Assembly (NCBI GenBank): GCA_014905635.1
Contig: CM026548.1
Coordinates: 62,001 to 126,000, forward strand
DNA: 64,000 bases
From: Scenedesmus sp. PABB004
Lineage: Eukaryota
Direction of reading: 5' to 3'
How positions within the stretch are numbered: position 1 is the first letter of the stretch; every line of letters begins with the position of its first letter. Under the pieces are notes generated by a model. The model searched no databases. It saw only the letters and a program-made list of their open reading frames with translations, and was not told where the DNA came from. The position numbers and the translations under genes were made by a program. Of this stretch, positions 35,661-52,086 are shown piece after piece.

Positions 35661-36713
35661 CGTGGCGGGTGTGTGTGGGCGCCGGGGGGTGCCGGGCGGG
35701 TGTGTGTGGGGTGGTGGTGAGCGTGGAGAGCAGAGTGGGCGGGCGGGCGGGGCGGGGGCGCTCTTGTATGAGCGGGGCGGGTCTAACAAGCGCCCGCGCC
35801 TCGAACAATGTCTGGCTCCCGTGCGTCGGCGCGAGCTGAGGGCGCCAGGACGCAGGAAAAAGCGACAAAAGTCGTCCCAGGTGCGCGGCGCCGGCGCGCG
35901 GGGACTGGGCTGACCGCACGGGCCGCGCAGCAGGGCGCTGATTCTCGCTCTGAGGCCGCCGCGACCCGTTCAAGGGCGCCGTGAGTTCCTGGGAGCTCAG
36001 ACACACACGGCCCCGTGCTGGCGGCGCAGCGCGGCGGCGCAGCCGGGCGGCGGCGAGCGCTGACCAGCGCGGCGCTGGCGCGGGTCGCTGGCGCCGCGCG
36101 CCCGGGGCGCCGCGCTGCCTGTCCAGGGGTGCCGCGACTGTCTCTAGACATCTGCTGCAGCGGGCGGCCGATCGCGGCGCGCGCGCGCGAGCCTGAGGCT
36201 GTCCAGCGTTTGCACAGCGCGCACGCAGGTCGTACGACGTCGCACGCGCGCGGTGCGTTCTCGCAGCACCGGCGCGCGTGCGCGCGCGTGTCGCCGAGCG
36301 CCCAGGGGCCGGTCCCCTCCGCGGCGCGCGCGGGGGCGCCTCGTGCAGGCCGACACTGATCGCAAATGCAAGGCCTCACGCGCAGTGCTCGCTGCTCGTG
36401 CGTTCTCCCCACAGGCGAGGCCCGCGCGCCCCCGCGCACAACTGGCGGCGGGCCCCGCGCGCGGCAAAGAGACGACGCACCCCACACACTCCACACCGCT
36501 CGGGCACAAAAAAATAGCAGCAGGAGCACGCGCCCCCGCCCGCCCGCCCCCTAAGGGGAGGCACGCCCTGCCTCCCCTTGCGCCGCCGGGCGCCCGCGCC
36601 CGCCGCCCGGCGCCGCGGCGCCGCTGCGCCGCCGGCGCCGCGCCGGCGCGGCCCGCCCCTGCCCCTGCCCCTGTGTCCCTGTGTCCCTGTGTCCCTGCCG
36701 CCTGCCCCCTGCC

Positions 36714-38371
36714 TCACGCGTCCTTGTTGAGCAGCGCTGTGACCTTGTCCACGGTGTAGAGCATCGCGCCGTTGGCGGGCGCCGCGCGGATGAGGCAGGG
36801 CGTGAAGCCGCGGTAGAAGCGCCGCACGCCGCCCTCCGCCCACAGCAGCTGCGGGGCGCGGCCGCGGGCGCGGGCGCGGCACGAGCGGGCGTGAGCGGCC
36901 GGCGAGCCGCACGCGCCGCGCCGCCGCCCGCACGCCGCGTGCCGCCCCGCCCGCGCGCGCGCGGGCGGCGAGCCTGCGGCTGCGGCTGCGCGCCGCCCCA
37001 GCGCACCTTTGCCGTGGCGACCATGTTTGGGTAGCGGCGCTGCGAGGGGATGATGTTGTCCGTCTGCATCGCGCTCTTGATGCAGTCAACCGGGAAGATG
37101 GCCAGCCAGTACCCAAACGCGCCCAGCGCCGCGCTGCCCAGCACCGCCCACGCCGGCAGCTCGGCGTTGCTCTGCGCGGCGCGCGCGGCGCGGCGCGCGG
37201 CGCGCCGTGTGAGCGGCGCCGGCGCCGCCGCCGCCGCCGGGCGCAGCAGCAGCCCGCACAGGGCGGCCCGCACGGAGGCGCGCGGGCGCGCCCGCAGTCG
37301 CGCGCGCGCGCGCGCGCGCACCTGGCAGCCGAGGCGCCGCGCGGCCTCGCCCTTGAGGACCTCGAATGTCCCGAGGTACACCGCGTTGGCGGGCGTGTTG
37401 CGCAGCAGCGTCGCGCCGAGGCCCTGGAACGGGCCGCGCAGCCCGTTCTCGCGGATCGTCGCCGCGACGCACGCGCTCACGGTCGTGTACGGCGGCCGGT
37501 AGGCGGCGTCGGCCTTGCTGCGGATGATCTGGACCTGGATCTGGGACTTGTAAAAGTCGATGGGGCCCTCGGTGAAGGCGGCAATGAAGCCCGTGATCGC
37601 GCCGGCCTTGTAAAAGTCAGACGTCACGAGCGGCCGCGTCGACCCGTCGGGCCGCGTCGCGAGCCAGCGCTTGGACTCGCCAAACGCGCCGAAGAGCGAC
37701 GCGCGGAAGAACATCTGCCCCGCCAGCGGCGACGCGACGCCCTGTGGCGGACGCGGCGGATGCGCGCGGATGCGGCGGCGCGGCGGACCCGCGGCGGTGG
37801 GCGGTGAGCCGCCCGAGGCCGCCTGGTGCCGGCCCGGCTGCCGCCGCCGGGCGCGCCTGCGCCGGCGGCGCTGTCCTCCTGCCGGCGGCGCGGCGGCCAG
37901 CGACCGACCGCGCGCGGCGGCGCGGCGGGCGGCGCACCTTGTAGAGTCCGCCGAGCCCCTCCCACTGCACCGTCTTGCGCGCGCAGTCGATCACGCCGGC
38001 TGCGGGAGCGGAGCGGGGAGGCGTCAGGGGCGCGGAGGCCGCGCGTGGGGCCCGGCACCGCGCCCAGGGCGGCCTCCCAGGCCGGCCCTCCCACGCACAG
38101 TAGATGGGGTTGGCCATCGACTGCGACTGCAGCCGAACCTTGATGGTGTCGAACGGGTGCCCCACCGCCGTCACGGCGATGCCACCTGCGGCGCCGGCCG
38201 GGCGTCTGGGGCGCTGCAGGCGCGGCGAGGGGGCTGCTGCCGGCCGCGACCGCCAACGCCGAGCCCGCGCGCCCGCGCACCGCATGTGCCCGCGAAGATG
38301 TCCTTGGCCAGCTTCAGCGCGCCAGCGGCCGGAGCCACCTTGGGCTGCGCGACCGCCTCGTGCGTCGCCAT
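36714..38371 (-). CDS. Mitochondrial carrier (SLC25), carnitine/acylcarnitine-BOU-like amino-acid carrier group
   Basis: Three carrier repeats with PxDxxK signatures: GHPFDTIKVRLQ, GPIDFYKSQIQ, FPVDCIKSAMQ; EGLGGLYKG, RRFYRGFTPCLIRAAPAN; KDIFAGTCGG start resembles BOU-type carriers. Confidence 0.9.
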
Positions 38372-38739
38372 CGCTGCCTCGCGCGCCGTGGCGCAGGGCG
38401 GCAGCGCCTGGGGTGCGCGGGTGCCGCGGCGTGTCGTGTGACGCTGGGCGCAGCGTGTGGACGACTGCGCGCGCTGCGTGCGCGCGCTGTTCTCGTGGTA
38501 GACCGCACCAACATGTCAGCCCTGCGCCCCCGCTTCCCGCCAACACCTCACCCCCCCCGCGCCGCCTCCCCCACCGCGGCAGGTCGATCACGCCCTCGCA
38601 CACCTCCAGCCGCGGCGCGCGCGCCCCACGCCCTTCCCTCGCGCAGCGCGACCCCCGCAACCACCGGCGCGTATCCGTCCGGCCTAGCGCCCGCTCCACA
38701 GCTCGCACGCCGCGTCACACCGCCCCATTGTGAGACACC

Positions 38740-40102
38740 ATGGCTCTGCGCCGGTCCGCGGGCCCGTTGGCGGCCTGGGCGCGGTCGACGCTGGCCGCGG
38801 GCCAGCCCGGCGCCGCCGCTGCTGCTGTCGGCGCGCGGGCGGCGTCGACCGCGACCGTCAACGGCGTCCCCGTGGAGGTGCGCTGGCGCGCTCACGGCGG
38901 CCCCGCCCGCCGGCTGGAGCTCGCGCGGCCGGCCGGCGCACACACGGCCGCGGCAGCGGCGGCGCCGCTGGCGCGCGCGTGCGCGCCGACCCGCTGCTCG
39001 CGTGCGCGCGCCGACCGCCGCAGGTCCACAACGAGGGCGGCGCCAAGCGCGTGGTGGTGACCAAGAACCTGCCCGGCGAGCGGTGGCTGCAGATCCTGAC
39101 CGCCGCGGGCTGCCGCGTCGAGGTGCGGCGCTGCCCCCTTCCCCCTGCCCGCCCGCCCCGCTCCCGCGAGCGCTCGCTCGGCGCGCTCACACGCTCACCT
39201 GCACGTGTGCCCGCGCGCTGCCGCCTGCCGCCCCTCCCCCCGGCACCACCCCCACCACCGCCGCCGCCACCGTGCCCCCGCCAGGTGAGCCAGCACCCTG
39301 ACATCATCCTCGACAACCCCACCATCAGGGCCCTCATCGGCGACAAGTGCGACGGCGTCATCGGCCAGCTCACAGAGGCGCGCCGGCGCGGCGCGGCGCC
39401 GCGCCGCGCCGCGCCGCGCCGCGCCGCGACAGACGGCCGCCCGCCGGCAGCCGCGCGCGCGGGGCGGCCCCGGCGCGAGAGGAGGCCGCCCACGCGGCCG
39501 CGCGCCCACGCCGCCCACGCCGCCCACGCCGCCCGCGCCGCCCACGCCGCGCCGCGCCGCGCGCGCAGGACTGGGGTTCGGAGCTGTTTGAGGCGCTGCG
39601 CGCCGCGGGCGGGCGCGGGTACAGCAACTACGCGGTCGGCTACAACAACGTGGTCGTGCCCGAGGCCACCAAGCGCGGCATCCCCGTCGGCAACACCCCC
39701 GGTGCGGCGGCCGACGCGCCGCGGCGCGGACTGCGGCGGCCGGCGCGGCGCGGCGCGCGCCGGCGCGGGGACCGCGGCGCGCGCCCGCCGAGCCGCGCGC
39801 GCCGCCGGTGGCGCGCCAGGCGTCCTGACCGAGACGACCGCCGAGATCGCGGCGGCGCTCACGCTCGCGGCGGCGCGGCGCGTGGTCGAGGCGGACGCCT
39901 TCATGCGCGGCGGGCACTACAAGGGCTGGCTGCCGACGCTCTTCATCGGCCAGCTGCTGCAGAACAAGACGGTGCGCGCGCGCCGCCTTGGCGCCGCGCG
40001 CGCGCCGAGAGCCGCCCCCACCGCCGCCGCGCTCTCCCGCGCGCTTCTCTTCGCACTCCCGCCGCCGCCGCCGTTCCACCGCCGCCCCTCACTCCCCCCC
40101 CC

Positions 40103-40133
<31 letters not shown>

Positions 40134-41492
40134 CCAGGTGGGCATCATCGGCGCGGGGCGCATCGGCGCCGCGTACGCGCGCATGATGGTGGAGGGCCAC
40201 AAGATGAACCTGGTCTACTACGACCCCTACCCCAACACGCAGCTCGAGGACTACATCAAAAAGTGAGGCGCCAGCAGCAGCGGGGCGCTGCGGGGCGCGG
40301 CAGCGGCCTGTCTCAGCAGCGGGGCGCTGAGACCCAGGCAGACAGGCAGACAGCGGGCGGGCAGGCGGGCGGGCAGGCAGGCAGGCGGGCGGGCGGGCAG
40401 GCAGGCGGGCGGGGTGGGCGGGCGCGGGCGGGCGCAGGCGGGGTCAGCGACGCGTCAGCGAGGCGGCGCGGGCGGGCGCCGACCGCTGGTGGCCGCCGCG
40501 CCGCGCAGGTACTCGGAGCTGCTGCGCCACAGCGGCGAGCCGCCGGTCGCGGTGCGGCGCTGCGAGACGGTGGACGAGGTGCTGCAGGAGGCAGACGTGA
40601 GCGACGCGGCGCACGGCAGCGGCGCGCGGGCGGCGGCGCGCTGGGACGCGCAGCGCAGCGCGCGGCCGCCACGCGCGCGCGCGCGCGGCCCGCCCACGCG
40701 CGCCGCGCCGCGCGCGCTGCTGCTGCGCCCAGGTGGTGTCGCTGCACTGCAACCTCGACGCCAACACACGGCACCTCATCAACGCGGAGCGCCTGGCGCG
40801 CATGAAGCCGGACGCCGTGCTCGTCAACGCGGCGCGCGGGCCCTGCATCGACGAGGCCGCGCTCGTGGCGCACATGCGCACGCACCCCGAGTTCAGGGTC
40901 GGTGCGTGCCCCGCGCGCACGCGCTCGGCCGCCGCCTCGCGCAGCGCGCCGCCGCCGGCGCCGCCCCGCGCGGCGCGCACGCTCGCGCTCGCGCTCGCCG
41001 GCGCCCCGCGCGCGCTCCCTGCCTGGCCCTGCTCTGATCACCCCTTGCACCCCCCCCTGGGTGTGGTGTCTGTCGCCTGCTGGTCCCAGGCCTGGACGTT
41101 TACGAGGACGAGCCCGCCATGAAGCCCGGCCTCGCCGACCTGCCCAACGCGGTCATCGTGCCCCACATCGCCTCGGCCAGCATGTGGACGCGCAGCGGCA
41201 TGGTGCGCCCCACGCGCGGCGCGGCGACGCAGCGCCGCGCGCGCGCTCGCCCCGCGCAGCGCGCGCTCGCCCCCGCGCAGCACGCGCCGACCGCCGCGCG
41301 CCGCGCCGCGCCGCCGCGCTGACCCGCGCGCAGGCGACGCTCGCGGCGGCCAACGTCGCGGGGTGCGTGAACGGCCTGCCTGCGTACAACGGGCCCGACG
41401 TGACGCCCTTCCTGGAGGGGCCCGTCGCGGGCATGCCTGCCGCCGCGCCGAGCATCGTTAACGCCAAGGAGCTGGGGTACAAGGTGCTGTAA
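38740..41492 (+). CDS. HPR1: Hydroxypyruvate reductase / glycerate dehydrogenase (photorespiratory), about 10 exons
   Basis: RVVVTKNLPGERW, CDGVIGQLTEDW, SNYAVGYNNV, GNTPGVLTETTAE, ARRVVEADAFMRGG.Y.GWLPTLFIG.LLQNKTVGIIGAGRIGAAYARMMVEGHKMNLVYYD, LDVYEDEP.MKPGL, VPHIASASMWTR.GMATLAA. Confidence 0.95.
41488..41492 (+). terminator. TGTAA poly(A) signal overlapping the HPR1 stop codon
   Basis: ...GTG CTG TAA: the last codon plus stop form TGTAA. Confidence 0.5.
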
Positions 41493-41709
41493 GGCGCCCC
41501 GAGGCGCTCCTGGGAGCCCCCAAAGCAGGCAGTGCCTGGCGCCGGGCTGGCGCAGCACGCGGCGACGAGCGCGAGGGCGGCGCGCGCTCGGGCGAAGCGG
41601 GCCGGCGCCCGCGTGCAACCGCGCTCGTCGCGTGCCTCGTTACCGCCTCACCCCCGCGCGCACACCACCGCGCGGCGGCGACTGCGGCTGCAGCGGCTGC
41701 AGCGGCGCG

Positions 41710-44700
41710 TCAGAACGCGTTGTCCTCGAAGCCCTGCGCCCACCCCGCCCCGCCGCCGCCCTCGGCGTCCGAGTCGTCCGCCGCGCTCGACGCGCCGGTG
41801 GCGCTCGCGCCCGGCCCGCCCGCGGTGCTGCCCGCGTAGCTGCTGTCGATGCTGTACGACCGCGCCGCGCCGCCGGCGAGGCGGTAGGCAGCGGGGTCAA
41901 ACCCAGCCAGCGTGAGCGGCCCGCCGTCGCCGCCGTCGCCGCTCAGCGGCCCCGGCGACAGCGGCGACGCGAGGCCGCCGACGTCCGAGTCGTCCTCGTC
42001 CGCGAGCGAGCGCCGCGCGCCGCCCGTGCCGCTGCCCTCGGCCGCCAGCGGCGGCGCCGGCGCCGGCGGCTCCGGCTCCGGCGCCGCCGCGGCGGCGGCG
42101 GGCGCCGGCGGCGCGTCGCCAAACGCGGCGTCCTCAAAGCCGACGGGCGCCAGCGCTGCCGCGCCGGCCGGCTCGTCGGGCGCCGCCGCCGGCATCGCTG
42201 CAGCAGCAGCGGCCGCCGCGACGCCGGCCCCGGCCGCACCGGCGGCGACACCAGCCGCCGCTGCCGCCGCCACAGCCGCCGCGGCGCCCTTCTTGCCGTT
42301 TTTCGTGGGCGAGGGAGCCGGCTGCGCCGGGGGCTGCGCCTCTGCCGGCGCCGCCTGCTCCGCCGCTGCCGCCGACACCGCTGGTGCTGCTGCCGACACC
42401 GCTGGCGCTGCCTGCTCCGCTGGTGCCGCCGCCCCCGGCTCTGCCGCCGCTGGCTTGGCGGCCTCAGCGGCCACCGCCTCGGCGGGCGCGTCCGCCGCGT
42501 CGGCAGGCGCGGCCGCCTCGCCAGGCGCGTCCGCCGCCTCGGCGGCCGCCTCGGCGGCCGCCTCGGCGGCCGCGGGCGCGCCCGCCGCGCCGCCGCCGAT
42601 GGGCGCCGCCTTGACCGCCGGCTGCGCCGCCGCCGCGAGCGCCGCGGCGCGCAGCAGCGCGGGCGGCACGCCCTCCATGTCGGGCAGGGCGTTGACCACG
42701 GCGTAGCCTGCCAGCGCCTCGTCGTCGTCCACCCAGTCGGCCGCGCCCGCCTGGGTGGGGCGCGCGCACAGCGTCCGCGGCGGCGGCGGCGGCGGCGGGT
42801 GGGCGGGCGGGCCGACACGCGGGCAGGGGCGCGGGCGGGCGAGCCCGTGCGGCACCCGGCGGCCCCGCCGCCGCAGGCCCCGCCGCCGCACCATGAGCTG
42901 CTCCAGCCAGACCAGGCCGCCCACGTTGCCGAGGTTGGCCTCATACGGCACCTCCACGCCCGCCGCTGCGGCGCTGCTGTAGAGGCGACGGTACGCGCTC
43001 GCCGCCTTGCCCAGCAGCGGCCCGACCTCGCCCAGCGCCTCCGGCGACAGCGCGGCGCCCCGCGCGGCGCCGAGCTTGGCCTGCAGCTCCTCCAGCTCGG
43101 CGCGCGCGCGCCGCAGGTCACCTTCGCCAGCGGCCGCCGCGAGCTCCAGGTCGGCGATGCGGCCGGCCAGGAGGCTCTTCTGGCGCTTGCCGCTGTCCAC
43201 CTGCGGCGGGGGCGCGGCCGCGGCGGCGACGCGGCGGTGAGCGCCGCGCAGCCGCCGCGCCGCGCCGCCGCGGGCGCGCGGCAGCGCCGTGCGCGCGCGC
43301 GCGGGCAGCGCTGCGCGCGCCTGCATCTCCAGCGCCGCCTTCTTGGACTCTGCCGCTGCCGCCGCCGCGACGAGCGCGCCGACCTCCTTCTCCAGGGCCG
43401 CCAGCTCCGCGGGGTTAAGGTTGGCCATCATCGCCACCTCCTGCGTCAGCAGCTCCAGCTTGTTCGCCGCCTCCTGCTTGCGCGCCAGCAGCGCCTGCGC
43501 GGGAGCGGGGGAGCGCGCGCGCGGGTGCAGGCGTCGGACGGGCCCGGGGCGCGGGCGGGCGCGGCGCCGCGCGTGCTGCGCAGCGCCGCCCCGCTGGCGC
43601 TGGCGGCGCACCTGCAGCTTCTGTCGCGCGGCGCTGCCCTCCTCCGCCTGGCTCTCAGCAGCTGCGGGCGGCGCGGGCGGCGCGGGCTCAGGCGGGGGAT
43701 CAGGCCGCGCCGCGCTCGGCTGCCCGCCCGCGCGCGCTGCGCCGGGGGCGCCGCCGCGCCCCGCCGCGCCACCCACCCAGGCGCGCGCGGTTGTAACGCA
43801 GCTCCGTCTCCTCCGCCTCCCGCTCAAGGCGGGCGGCAGAGTCGGTCGACTGCGGCGCGGCAGCGGCGGTCAGCGGTCAGCATGCGCGCGCGCGCCGGCG
43901 CGCCGCGTGTGACAGGCGCGGCCCGCACCTGCAGCAGGGCCACGTCAACGCGGCTCTTGAACATCACCAGCTCGCTCAGCGCCGCCTGGAACGCCTCCAG
44001 CCGCGCCTGGCGGGCGGCGCGGCGCAGCAGCGGCGCGGCGGCGTGACGCGGCCGTCGCGGCGCGGGCCCCCCGCGGGCCTGCAGCCGCCAGCGAACGCCC
44101 CTGCGGCGCCCCACCTTGGCCGCGGCCGTGTCGGCCTCCACCTTGCGCGCTGCCTCCTCTTTGGCCACCGCCTCGCCGCGCTCCGCCTCCCACTTGGCCT
44201 TGTCGGCGGGCGCCAGCATGCTGCGCGCGGCGCGCGGGCGCGCGGGCGCGTGGGCCGCCCGCGCCGGCCGTGCACGCGCGCGCGCCGACGGCCTGCCCCC
44301 CCCCCCCTCCCCAGGGGGCCGCCGCACCTCGCGATCTCGTCGTCCAGGTCGGGCACCGCCGAGCCGGCGGCCGCCTCGGCGAGGGCCTTGGGGTTGAACG
44401 TGACCTGAGCGCGGGTGTAGTTGGGCGCGCGGGTGGTCAGGTGGGCGGGTGCGAGCCGCGGGGCGGCGAGGCGGCGGGGGGGGGGGGGGGGGGGGGGGGG
44501 CGGCCGCCGCGCAGCGCCGCCGGCTGCCGGGCACGTGGCGCGCCGTACCTTGCCCGGGAGGTCTGGGATGCGCGGCAGCGTCTGGTCGTACGCGTCGCCG
44601 ATCGCGCGCACCGCGCCCTTGTGTCCAAACTGGCTGTCCAGCGTCCAGCTCTCCGCCGGCAGCGGCCCGCCCGTCGGCCCGCCCGCCGCGCCGCCGCCGC

Positions 44701-46285
44701 TGCCGGGCGCGCCGCCGGCCGCGCCGCCCGCCGCGACGCCCACCTGCGGCGACGGCGCCGCGCGCCGGGCTCGGCGCGGTCGCCGCGCACCGTCGCTGCG
44801 GCCCCGTCGCCGCCCCATGCTGCGCGCCGCTGCGCGGCCGCGCGCGCACCTGTGGCCAGCGCCCCGGCGGCAGGCTGGCGGGCAGGCGCGCGCCGAGCTT
44901 GCAGCCGTCCATGAGGTACATGCACTTGACAAACTGCTCAGCAGTCAGGCTGCCTGCGGCGCGCGCGGTGTGTGGGCAGCGTGGCGGCGCGCGGTGGGCG
45001 CGGCGGCACACGCGCGGGCGCGGTGCGCGGGCGCTCGCCCGCGCGCGCGGGGTGCAGCGACCAGGTCCCGCACCCGCGTTGCCGGCGACGAGGTCCCACA
45101 TCGCCTTGAGCAGCCCCTTGTCCAGGCCGCTGGTCATGAACACGGGCAGGCACTCAGAGCCCTGCGCCGCGCGGCGAGGGCGACGGCGACGCGGCGGCCG
45201 CGCGTCGCGCGGGGCGGGCGGCCGCCCGCGCGGCGGCGCGCCCGCTGGCGAGGCCCGCTGCCGCGCGCCGCGCCGCGCCGAACCTTGGCGAGGCCGTCGC
45301 GGTCGGTGTCGGTCGCGGCGAATGCGGCGTTGTAGCGCGCGAGGTCGGCGGCGGTGACCGGCGGGAAGCCGGGCAGCGCCGGCACGGGGATGCCGCTGCC
45401 GGTCACGCCGCCGTACGCGCCGCCGGTCGGCTGCGGCGCGCCGTAGCCGCCCGTGGGCTGCGGCGGGCCGTAGCCGGGCACGCTGCCGCCGGTGGGCTGC
45501 GGCGGGCCGTAGCCGGGCACGCTGCCGCCGGTGGGCTGCGGCGGGCCGTAGCCGCCGGTGGGGCCGCCGGTGGGCTGCGGCGGGCCGTAGCCGCCGGTGG
45601 GGCCGCCGGTGGGCTGGGGCGCGCCGTAGCCGCCGGTGGGCCGCCGTACGGCACGGGCGAGGGCGACAGCCCCGTGATCTGGGGCGTGTACGTGGGGATG
45701 GAGGGCGTGGGGCCCACGCCCGTCACGCCCGCGAGCCGCGGCGGCGGCAGCGGCGGGCCGCCGCCCATCGCGACCATGCCCGCCTGCTCCGGCGCCAGCC
45801 GCCCGCCGCTGGCCTGCGCCGGCGCGGGCGGGGCGGCGGTGGGGCGCGGCGGGCGGGGGCGCGCGCGGCGCCGCGCCGTGGCCGCGCGGCAACCGGCGCG
45901 CTGCTGCGCGGCGCGCACCTGCGCGAGCGAGACGAGGCGCAGCGCGATGCCAAACTGCATCATGTTGAGCGCCGGCGTGCCGCGCGAGGCATACTCCCAG
46001 ATCTGCGCGGCGCGCAGGTGAGCGACGCGCGGCGCCGCCGCTCGCCAACCGCCGCGAGCAGCAGCGGCGGCGCGCTCTGCGCGGCCGCTCCTCGCGCTCG
46101 TGCGCGCCGCGCGGGCCGCCGCTGCCCGGCCGGGGGCACCAGCGACGCCCCCACCGGCCCACCTGGCCCAGCACGTCCTGCGGGAGGCCGGACTTGGTGA
46201 AGAAGCGGACGGCCTCGGCGCCCCCCACGCCCCCGTCGCGGTCCTCGTCCGCCAGCCGGAACCACTCGGCCACGTGCGGCTCCAT
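41710..46285 (-). CDS. EH-domain endocytic scaffold (Eps15/Pan1/AtEH-like): 2 EH domains, PQPTGG repeats, coiled coil, acidic tail
   Basis: EH1 WFRLADEDRDGGVGGAEAVRFFTKSGLPQDVLGQIWEYA..QFGIALRLVSLAQ; EH2 YNAAFAATDTDRDG..FMTSGLDKGLLKAMWDLV..LTAEQFVKCMYLMD..LPASLP; heptad region LSELVMFKSRVD; ends GWAQGFEDNAF*. Confidence 0.85.
45421..45640 (-). repeat. Coding tandem repeat (about 39-nt unit) encoding GYG(A/P)PQPTGG x6
   Basis: Repeated gccgtagccg..ccggtgggctgcggcggg on + strand; translation in ORF 45134..46285. Confidence 0.85.
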
Positions 46286-46669
46286 GGCTCAGCGCTCACG
46301 CCAAAGCGCGGCCAGCGCGTTTTGCGCCGCGCCAGGCGCAGCAGGACGCGCGAGATGGATGCTCCCGCCGTGCTGCGGGCCCGCCACCGCGTCACGTGGC
46401 GACGCTGAGCTGGCCGGTGAGCAGGCGGAGCTCGTGCAGAGGTGCGGGGCTGCGCGGGTGCCGCTGGCTGCAAACACAAGCACTTATGCCGCAGCGGTAG
46501 GCCCTCAGGCCCTGGCGCGGCGGCAGGAGCTGCCGCCGCTCCCTCTCATGCGCGGCAGAAAGCTGCCATCGTCGTCGCGACGGCCAGCGACGCGACAGCC
46601 GGCGCCGAGCAGGCGGCGATCGGCGCCGCTGCGCCGCGGTGCGCCGCTGCGCGCCGCGCTCCCGCCGGC

Positions 46670-51869
<5,200 letters not shown>

Positions 51870-52001
51870 CCGCCCACAGAGGTGCCGCGGCGCCCGCCCA
51901 GCTGCCTGTCCCCTGGCTCGGAGGAACTGCTGCCGCCCGGGGCCCGCCGCCCGCTCCCGCGGACTGGAGGAGCAGCGCGGCCTCGGCCTCGCGCGCGTGG
52001 G

Positions 52002-52006
52002 TGTAA
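52002..52006 (+). terminator. TGTAA poly(A) signal of the PI4K gene
   Basis: TGTAA about 130 nt after the stop, close to the convergent WDR54-like stop. Confidence 0.6.
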
Positions 52007-52086
52007 CGCAACCCGCGCGTGCCGCTCCCTGCCGGTGCACGCGCGCGCGCGTGCGGACCCGCCGCCGCCGCCGCCGCGCCCTCATC

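Noticed and set aside
36714..38371. Carrier as the low-CO2 protein CCP1/CCP2
   Set aside because: The sequence does not match the CCP motifs I recall beyond generic carrier signatures, so it is left as BOU/carnitine-carrier-like.
44476..44500. 25-nt poly-G run (and similar runs at ~26461 and ~40094) as special elements
   Set aside because: Intronic C tracts on the mRNA strand near acceptors, common in chlorophyte introns; lengths are unreliable in this assembly.
45421..45640. Regular repeat as a CRISPR array
   Set aside because: Coding tandem repeat with no unique spacers, in a eukaryotic context with no cas genes.
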